Below, in pieces: positions 58,601 through 64,000 of a DNA stretch of 64,000 bases. How positions within the stretch are numbered: the first letter of the stretch is position 1; the number at the start of each line of letters is the position of its first letter. Both the position numbers and the translations under genes were made by a program. The notes beneath the pieces are model-generated. The model saw nothing but the letters and a program-made list of their open reading frames with translations. It did not search any database and was not told the origin of the DNA. Origin of the DNA: Thermoanaerobaculia bacterium (GTDB lineage Bacteria; Acidobacteriota; Thermoanaerobaculia; Gp7-AA8); NCBI GenBank assembly GCA_036380735.1, contig DASVEE010000057.1, forward strand, positions 11,646 through 75,645, in the 5' to 3' direction.

Positions 58601-59478
58601 GTGGCGATGATCGTCCCCTGCGACGCCATGAGGCGCGGAACCGACGCGATCGTGCCGAGCGTGCCGGGGTTCGTCAGGGAGATGGTGGTCCCTTCGAAGT
58701 CGGCGATCTCGAGCTGGTTGTTGCGCGCCTTCCGGACGATGTCGTTGTACGCCTTGAGGAACTGCGCGAAGTCCATCGTGTTCGCGCGCTTGATGTTCGG
58801 GACCATCAGCGAGCGCGAGCCGTCCTTCTTCTCGAGGTCGATGGCGATGCCGAGGTTGACGTCGGGGCGGTCGATGCGCGAGGGGACGCCGTCCTGCACG
58901 GTGAAGCCGGCGTTCATCCGCGGATACTTCTCGATCGCCTTGATCATCGCCCACGCCACGATGTGCGTGAACGACGCTTTGGACTGCCCGATCAGGGCGA
59001 GGTGATTGTTGATGACGCGGCGGTTCTCTTCGAGCGCCTTGACCGGGATGTTGCGGATCGAGGTCGCGGTCGGGACCGACAGCGACGCTTCCATGTTCTG
59101 GACGATCTTGCCCGAGGCGCCGCGTAGGGCGACGACCGTCTGGTTCGCGGCGCCGGCGGGCGGCGGGGCGGGGACGGCGGTGGGACGCGCCGGGGTCGGA
59201 GCCGCGGGTGCGGCTGGCTTCGGCGCCGGCGCGGTCGCGACGGCAGTGCCACCACCGGCAGCGGCGCCGCCAGAGGCGACACGCGCGAGCGGCTGGGCCG
59301 CGACAGCCTGCGCCTGATTCGCCGCGACGTCCTCCGCGAGCTCCTCCTCGGCGACCGGCTGGTAATCCGTGAAGAACTCCCGCCAGCTCGCGCTCACGCT
59401 CTCCGGATTGGCGCGGTACTTCTCATAAAGCTCTTCGATGAAAGCGATGTTGGCCCCGTAGGCCTGAGTGACTGACAT
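55696..59478 (-). CDS. odhA: 2-oxoglutarate dehydrogenase, fused E2-like/E1 (OdhA/Kgd type)
   Basis: N-terminal acyltransferase catalytic region (DHRIIQGAESGAYL) followed by E1o ThDP domain; ATG 59478 (MSVTQAYGANIAFIEELYEKY) with AGGAA upstream. Confidence 0.9.
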   Translation of the reverse strand: MSVTQAYGANIAFIEELYEKYRANPESVSASWREFFTDYQPVAEEELAEDVAANQAQAVAAQPLARVASGGAAAGGGTAVATAPAPKPAAPAAPTPARPTAVPAPPPAGAANQTVVALRGASGKIVQNMEASLSVPTATSIRNIPVKALEENRRVINNHLALIGQSKASFTHIVAWAMIKAIEKYPRMNAGFTVQDGVPSRIDRPDVNLGIAIDLEKKDGSRSLMVPNIKRANTMDFAQFLKAYNDIVRKARNNQLEIADFEGTTISLTNPGTLGTIASVPRLMASQGTIIATGAIDYSAEYSASDPAVLADLGISKVMTMTSTYDHRIIQGAESGAYLSRVHELLIGADDFYDHIYRDLRIPYEPVRWARDRHRLALTGSTSDEIVAREAAVLQMINAYRVRGHLLADIDPLEYHVRKHPELDPQYYGLTVWDLDREFVCGGLCGRQVSKLRDILDTLRETYCGKVGPEFMHIMDPEQKKWLQDRMEPARNKQSLDLATKRRILMKLNDAEAFERFLHTKYVGHKRFSLEGAETLIPMLDYLFNEAASDGVVEGVIGMAHRGRLNVLANVLGKSYEQIFREFEGDIDPNSREGSGDVKYHLGADGVHQTPAGGHMKLALASNPSHLEAVDPIVEGMVRAKQKLIGDKNRALVIPVLLHGDAAFAGQGVVAETLNLSQLKGYRTGGTVHVVINNQVGFTTGPESARSSTYATDVAKAVQAPIFHVNGDDPEACIRAMKLAYDFRQQFHKDVVIDLVCYRRHGHNEGDEPSLTQPLMYKLIKDHRSPRKIYTEQLLRKGDIDPQEAEQWLDQFQAKLQEAFDRTKEQHAPPSHRDPLWTDEDVTGYQNEPSPDTSVAREELAKVAEALANTPESFTVHPKLKPVLTKRKSMALGQEPMDWGTGELLAFGSLLLEGFRVRLSGQDVGRGTFSHRHAIIHDYATGKGYVPLNALAKTTQPAPVADPVVVDNALSQETNNPVADVNFSVYDSLLSEYGVLGFEYGYSVADPGALVAWEAQFGDFFNVGQVIVDQFISSGEEKWGQHSGVVMLLPHGYEGQGPEHSSARLERFLTLCAEGNMQVIYPTTPAQYFHALRRQMKNKPRKPLVVMTPKSLLRHPQAVSPLEQLTSGRFEPVLPDTQIDGGDVKRIVLTSGKVYYDLKAARDKASANVPVVRLEQFYPFPQRLLANALKQYPNATEVMWVQEEPRNMGAWPFLHEHLASLLSDGQKLHYVGRPVAAAPATGSHHRHEEQQKALVEKAIG

Positions 59479-59617
59479 GGCTGTATTCCTAACCGTTGCG
59501 GGCCGCAGTTTATGCTGGCGAGAGTCTATGTTGAGGAGCGGCAGTGGCGAAGCATCTCCGTGGCTCAGGCGATGGTGGTGATGGCTTCGCCGCGCCACCG
59601 GAGATCCTTCGCTGCGC

Positions 59618-60316
59618 TCAGGACGGATTCAGCGGTGGAGTCGTGGAGCGCTCGGCCTTTTCGACCAGCGTGTGCGACAGCGAGGTCAGCCCCAGCCAGC
59701 CGAACCCGGCGGCGAAACCGCCGAGAACGTCGGAGGGGAAGTGCACGCCGAAGTAGACGCGGGAGAAGCCGACGCTGACGATGATCATCCCCGCGAGCGT
59801 GTGCGCCGCGGCCTGCACCGGCAGCGACGTGTTCTCCACGAGATGATGCGTGACGATCGGGTACGTGGCCGCCGACAGCAGCGAGTGCCCACTGGGGAAG
59901 CTGTGCGATTTCGGCAGCTTGATCCGCCGCGCCAGCTCCTGCGGGCGCTGGCGGCGGAAGATGTTCTTCAGGATGGTGTTGATGGCCATCGCTCCGCCGG
60001 TGGAGACGACCACGGTCCACGCATCGTGCTTGCGCCCCTGCTTCAGCATCCAGAGCGCGGTGGCCCCGGCGGCGGTGCCGATGGCGACGTGCGAGCCGAG
60101 CTGCGTGATCGCATGCATCGTCCGCGTGGTGGCCGGGTTGTCGATGGTGTGGACCGCCTGCATGATCGCGTCGTCATACCGGTCGGCATGCCCTTCGACC
60201 ACATGGTCCGCCTGCTCTTTGAAAAACCAGAACGCGAGCCCGGCGAGCAGGATGCCGCCGCTGCGGCCAATGGCCAGGGGCAGAAAAGTCTGCCGTCTCT
60301 TTTTCTTCTTCGTCAC
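59618..60316 (-). CDS. PAP2 family phosphatase (membrane)
   Basis: KNIFRRQRP, PSGHS, SRVYFGVHFPSDV motifs; GTG 60316 chosen to avoid overlap with upstream GNAT gene. Confidence 0.6.
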   Translation of the reverse strand: MTKKKKRRQTFLPLAIGRSGGILLAGLAFWFFKEQADHVVEGHADRYDDAIMQAVHTIDNPATTRTMHAITQLGSHVAIGTAAGATALWMLKQGRKHDAWTVVVSTGGAMAINTILKNIFRRQRPQELARRIKLPKSHSFPSGHSLLSAATYPIVTHHLVENTSLPVQAAAHTLAGMIIVSVGFSRVYFGVHFPSDVLGGFAAGFGWLGLTSLSHTLVEKAERSTTPPLNPS

Positions 60317-60366
60317 GGCGGCGCAGTATATCGAGTCGAGGGCAGGGCTGGGCGTTGGGGAGCCCG

Positions 60367-61179
60367 TCACCTCGACAGCGTCACAAATCGGTGTGCGGGT
60401 TCCGCGCCACAGGAGCGCCGGTAAAAGTCGAGCGCATCGGTCCACGGAATGATCGCTTTCCGGTGTCCGGCGTTCCGTAGTTCGCGGAGCGACGCGAGCA
60501 GCAACTGCCGCCCCAGCCCGCGTCCGCGCTCGCTCTTCGCCACCCCCGTCGGCCCGAACCACGCCAGCCCGCGGTTGTTCAGCTCGTAGCCGGCAAAGCC
60601 GGTGATGGCGCCGCCCGTCTCCGTCACGAAGAGGTTGCCCGCGTTCTTCGCCGCCTCGAACCGCCAGATCCGCCCGAACTCCCGTTCGATGAAGTCGAGC
60701 ACGCGAGCGTCACCGGCGCGGCGGACCGGCTGCTCGTCGTAGTCCGCCAGCTCCACCTCCAGGTTCCACGTCCACCGCTCCCGGGTGAAGCCGTGCCGCC
60801 GGAAGAAGGCGAGGGAGCCCGCATCCGTCTCCACGATCCCCGGAGTGAAGTAGTTCCCCCCCTCCGCCGCAATGACGCTGACCTGCGCCGCATCAGCCAG
60901 CAGCGCGCTGCCGATGCCCTGGCGCCGCTGACCGCGCCTCACCGCCAGCAGCCGCAACGTCTTGCCGCACGACACCGCCACGCCGTCAAAGTCGCCATGG
61001 ATCCGCGCGACGGCAGGCCCGGCGAAGCCGTCCTCGAAGCACTTCTCCTCCGCGACGCGCACGACGTCATAGGGCGCGTCATTGGCGTCGCGGAGGAGGT
61101 CGGTCAGACCGGGGAGGTCATCGCGTGTGGCAGTGCGGATCATCGGCGCGATTGTGTCGCGGAAGGACGATAGGACCAA
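60367..61179 (-). CDS. GNAT-family acetyltransferase (two-lobe)
   Basis: LLAVRRGQRRQGIGSALL and GVAKSERGRGLGRQLLLASL acetyl-CoA motifs. Confidence 0.6.
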   Translation of the reverse strand: MVLSSFRDTIAPMIRTATRDDLPGLTDLLRDANDAPYDVVRVAEEKCFEDGFAGPAVARIHGDFDGVAVSCGKTLRLLAVRRGQRRQGIGSALLADAAQVSVIAAEGGNYFTPGIVETDAGSLAFFRRHGFTRERWTWNLEVELADYDEQPVRRAGDARVLDFIEREFGRIWRFEAAKNAGNLFVTETGGAITGFAGYELNNRGLAWFGPTGVAKSERGRGLGRQLLLASLRELRNAGHRKAIIPWTDALDFYRRSCGAEPAHRFVTLSR

Positions 61180-61296
61180 TAGGACAGATAGGACCCCATG
61201 GGCCGCCCAACCCCGACGGTGGCTAGTGAAGGGGTGGGCGGGGTCCCATTCGTCCTATAGGTCCCATAGGTCCCATTCGTCCTATCGTCTCCCTGT
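61164..61296. repeat. ATAGGAC-unit hairpin element (copy 13)
   Basis: GGACGATAGGACCAATAGGACAGATAGGACCCCATGGG ... GTCCCATTCGTCCTATAGGTCCCATAGGTCCCATTCGTCCTATCGTC. Confidence 0.85.
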
Positions 61297-61301
61297 AAGA
61301 A

Positions 61302-61802
61302 TCATTTCAGCCGCGCCGCAATCACCCGATCCAGCGATGCCCGTCCGGCGCCGCCGATGGCCAGCGCCACCGCCACCACCAGGATGAACAGCGGATATTC
61401 GAAGCCTTCGCCGCCGAGGGTGTTGCCCCAGTCCATGAAGAAGCCGAAGGAGAGGTGGACCTTCAGCACCGCCACGGCCATCAGTACGACCGTCGCCGCG
61501 GCCACGAGGCGCGTGGCCAGGCCGGCGACCAGCAGCACCGCGCCGCCGATCTCCGTGGCGATCGCGGCGACGCCGAGGATCCAGGGGATGCCCATGCTGG
61601 TGAACCACCCCATCGTCCCTTCGAAGCCGTAGCCGCCGAAGTAGCCGATCTTCTGCATCCCGTGGGCGAAGAGGACGACCGCCGTGGCGATGCGAAGGAT
61701 CGTCAGCGGGAGGGAAGCGTCCGTGCTGAAGAGCGCGGCCGAGAGGGCCCGGCGCGTGGTGTCACCTTTGAAGCTGGGGCGGTCGATCGTGATGCTGGAC
61801 AT
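61302..61802 (-). CDS. DoxX family membrane protein
   Basis: four TM helices, RIATAVVLFAHGMQK typical DoxX N-term. Confidence 0.7.
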   Translation of the reverse strand: MSSITIDRPSFKGDTTRRALSAALFSTDASLPLTILRIATAVVLFAHGMQKIGYFGGYGFEGTMGWFTSMGIPWILGVAAIATEIGGAVLLVAGLATRLVAAATVVLMAVAVLKVHLSFGFFMDWGNTLGGEGFEYPLFILVVAVALAIGGAGRASLDRVIAARLK

Positions 61803-61886
61803 GTTCGTTTTCTCCTTTTTGTTTGACGCGTAAAGTATTGGCGGTGCCGCGGTCTGAGTGGCTGATCGTTGTCTAAAAGCGTTGTT

Positions 61887-62363
61887 CTAAGAGGGAGGAG
61901 GGCCGTTGCGGATGCGGTCGAGGAGGTCGATGAGCGTCTCGAGCTCGCTCTCGTTCAGATTGCCGAGAGCGCGGTCGTCGTATTCGTCCATGGCACCGTC
62001 GAGGCGCTCGAGCAGCTTCAGCCCGGCGGGCGTGATCTGGCAGAGGATCTGGCGGCGGTCGCCGGCCCACTGCTCCCGCTTCACGAGCCCCTGTTGCTCG
62101 AGATTCGTCACCAAGCGGGTGATCCCGGGCGTCTGCTCGATGAGCCGCTCCGCGATCTCCATCGTCGGCAGCGGCCCGCGCGCCCCGCGGAGGATGCGCA
62201 GCACGTTGTACTGCGCCAGGCTGATCCCCTCCGTCGCGGCGATGGCGTCCGCCTCGCGATGAACGATGTTCGCCGTCCGCAGCAACGCAATCCCCGCCTC
62301 GGCCGCCTTCGACCGGAAGGGGCGGGTCTGCTTGATCTCATCCAGAAGGCGGGAGCGCGTCAT
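61887..62363 (-). CDS. MarR family transcriptional regulator
   Basis: winged HTH (SLAQYNVLRILRGARGPLPTMEIAERLIEQTPGITRLVTNLEQQGLVKRE); upstream of DoxX on same strand. Confidence 0.8.
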   Translation of the reverse strand: MTRSRLLDEIKQTRPFRSKAAEAGIALLRTANIVHREADAIAATEGISLAQYNVLRILRGARGPLPTMEIAERLIEQTPGITRLVTNLEQQGLVKREQWAGDRRQILCQITPAGLKLLERLDGAMDEYDDRALGNLNESELETLIDLLDRIRNGPPPS

Positions 62364-62411
62364 CGTGAGGACAATGTAGGTCGGATTGTTTTACGTGTCA
62401 AGTATTCTGTT

Positions 62412-62546
62412 TGTCCATTGTCCATTGTCCGTTGTCCGTTGTCCGTTGTCCGTTGTCCGTTGTCCGTTTTCTATGCGGCGCGCCGTGGTGAGAAGAACCG
62501 TCCCGCCGGGCGCAGCACGGAAAACGGACAACGGAAAACGGACAAC
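62412..62546. repeat. hairpin with arm of 8 tandem TGTCCAT/TGTCCGT heptamers and complementary ACGGACA/ACGGAAA arm in MarR/trxC divergent region
   Basis: (TGTCCAT)2(TGTCCGT)6 TTTC ... 46-nt loop ... GGAAAACGGACAACGGAAAACGGACAAC. Confidence 0.9.
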
Positions 62547-62597
62547 TGCGCGAAACGCGCACCGCTCTCGGCAGCTCTTTCGCAACAGCCGCCCTCG

Positions 62598-63029
62598 ATG
62601 ACTGGTCAGATCACCACGTGCCCCTCCTGCGGACAGGCGAATCGCGTCCCGCCGCTGGGGGAGGGGAGTAAGGCCGTCTGTGGGCGCTGTAAGGCGCCGC
62701 TGACGGCTGCGCAAGGCGGTCCGGTCGAGCTGAGCGACACCAACTTCCGCTCGACGATCGCGAAAGGACGCTACGTCGTCGACTTCTGGGCCGCGTGGTG
62801 CGGGCCGTGCCGGATGATCGCCCCGGTGATCGAAGAGCTGGCCGCGTCGCGTACCGACGTGCAGTTCGCCAAGCTCAACGTCGACGAGAACCCGCAGACC
62901 TCGTCGCAATTCAGCGTCCGCAGCATCCCTCTCCTCGTCTTTTTCCGCGACGGCATGGAGGCCGGGCGCGTGACCGGCGCCGTTCCCCGCGGCAGCATCG
63001 AACAGGCGATCGCGCGCTTCCTGGGATGA
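62598..63029 (+). CDS. trxC: thioredoxin 2-type (zinc-finger N-extension + WCGPC)
   Basis: CPSCGQANRV...CGRCKA zinc ribbon, WCGPC active site; ATG 62598 within track ORF. Confidence 0.85.
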   Translation: MTGQITTCPSCGQANRVPPLGEGSKAVCGRCKAPLTAAQGGPVELSDTNFRSTIAKGRYVVDFWAAWCGPCRMIAPVIEELAASRTDVQFAKLNVDENPQTSSQFSVRSIPLLVFFRDGMEAGRVTGAVPRGSIEQAIARFLG

Positions 63030-63031
63030 GC

Positions 63032-64000
63032 ATGCCTTACCCACTCCGCCCGGAGCGCCGCAGCGAGCTCGCCCTCTTCTTCCAGAAGGTGGCGATCGTG
63101 GCCGCGGTCTGCGTCGTCCTGACGCTGCTCTGGATGGTGCGCGAGATCCTCGTCCTCGTGTTCATCGCCGCCGTCCTGGCCGCGGGCATCGCCCCGGCGG
63201 TGCGGCGGGTACGCGCGATGTGGCGCTACTGGTTCCGCAAGCGGCTGCCGCGCGGCACGGCGGTGATGATCGTCTACCTGCCGTTCCTGATCGTGGTCGT
63301 CCTCATCCTGCTCTTCATCCTGCCGCGCCTCGTCGCCGACACGCGCGAGCTCGCGCAGCAGCTTCCCGCGCTCGTCGAGCAGAACATCCTCACGCCGATG
63401 GAGCGCTACGTGCCGGTCGGCATGATCCGCGAGCAGCTGAGCGGTGGCGTCGAGGTGCCGCGTGCGCGCGTCTTCCTCTACGTACGCAGCGCCGGCCGCG
63501 CCATCGCCTCGGTCATGGCCATCCTCTTCATGGTGGCGTACATGCTGATCGACGCCGAGCGGCTGCGGAACCTCGTGCTGCTCGTCTACCCGCCGGATGT
63601 GCGCGGCGAGCGCAGGCGCACGTTCACCCGCATGGGAAAGCGGATGAGCTCCTGGCTCTCCGGCCAACTGCTGCTCTCGTTCATCATCGGCATCTCCACG
63701 TTCGTCGGCCTGCTGATCCTGCGCGTCCCGTACGCGCTGCCGCTGGCCATCCTCGCCGCCGTCGGCGAGCTCGTTCCCGTCCTCGGACCGACCGTAGGGG
63801 CGGTGCCCGCGCTGATCATTGCTCTGCTGCACTCCCGCTGGCAGTTCTGGGCCGTGCTGATCTTCGCGGTCGTGCTGCAGAAGGTCGAGAACCTCTTCAT
63901 CGTGCCGCGGGTGATGTCGAAGAAGGTGTCGGTCTCCCCCCTGGCCATCTTCATCGCCTTCATGATGGGCGCGTCGCTCCTGGGCATCGTCGGCGCCATC
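63032..64000 (+). CDS. AI-2E family transporter (PerM/YdiK-like), 3-prime partial
   Basis: ATG 63032, eight TM segments, GELVPVLGPTVGAVPA motif; runs off window. Confidence 0.7.
   Translation, partial: MPYPLRPERRSELALFFQKVAIVAAVCVVLTLLWMVREILVLVFIAAVLAAGIAPAVRRVRAMWRYWFRKRLPRGTAVMIVYLPFLIVVVLILLFILPRLVADTRELAQQLPALVEQNILTPMERYVPVGMIREQLSGGVEVPRARVFLYVRSAGRAIASVMAILFMVAYMLIDAERLRNLVLLVYPPDVRGERRRTFTRMGKRMSSWLSGQLLLSFIIGISTFVGLLILRVPYALPLAILAAVGELVPVLGPTVGAVPALIIALLHSRWQFWAVLIFAVVLQKVENLFIVPRVMSKKVSVSPLAIFIAFMMGASLLGIVGAI

Noticed and set aside
55792-59127. 1111-aa plus-strand ORF
   Set aside because: Antisense to the OdhA/Kgd gene.

Overview
High-GC (roughly two-thirds G+C by eye) bacterial chromosomal segment, plausibly from a soil Gram-negative lineage: it carries a fused OdhA/Kgd-type 2-oxoglutarate dehydrogenase and many secreted peptidases. 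About 45 genes are supportable. Housekeeping: dnaE, fused 2-oxoglutarate dehydrogenase E1/E2, glpD-like dehydrogenase, a Cys/Met PLP enzyme, a ureohydrolase, PPK2, thioredoxin-2, a MarR-DoxX operon. Secreted enzymes and adhesins: M16, M14, M1, M23, M50 and an HExxH protease, a beta-helix/Calx-beta/IPT giant protein, and a Calx-beta plus hydrolase-fold protein. c-di-GMP signalling: a PAS-GAF-GGDEF-EAL protein, REC-GGDEF, and a lone REC. Also a VapBC module and Rof. A visibly lower-GC island at about 22.7-28.7 kb holds a nucleoside 2-deoxyribosyltransferase-like protein, a Cys-rich secreted protein, an XRE-HTH::ECF-sigma fusion with a coupled TPR anti-sigma, a frameshifted AraC remnant and a SUKH/SMI1-like orphan. 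The most unusual content is non-coding. (i) 13 dispersed hairpin elements have arms made of tandem 9-bp ATAGGACNN units. (ii) Several hairpins have arms made of tandem heptamers (GAATTTC, TGTCCGT, CGGTTTT/CGGTTGT, GAGCCCT). (iii) Three 21-bp-period tandem arrays cluster at 20.4-31.9 kb, one of them a ~690-bp palindromic double array. Directly downstream of that palindromic array lies a membrane-anchored NACHT (STAND) NTPase with a periplasmic HEAT-repeat N-terminal domain, an architecture I do not recognise as described. No rRNA, tRNA or CRISPR was seen. All coordinates and domain calls are from manual reading of the sequence and the ORF track; no database searches were run.
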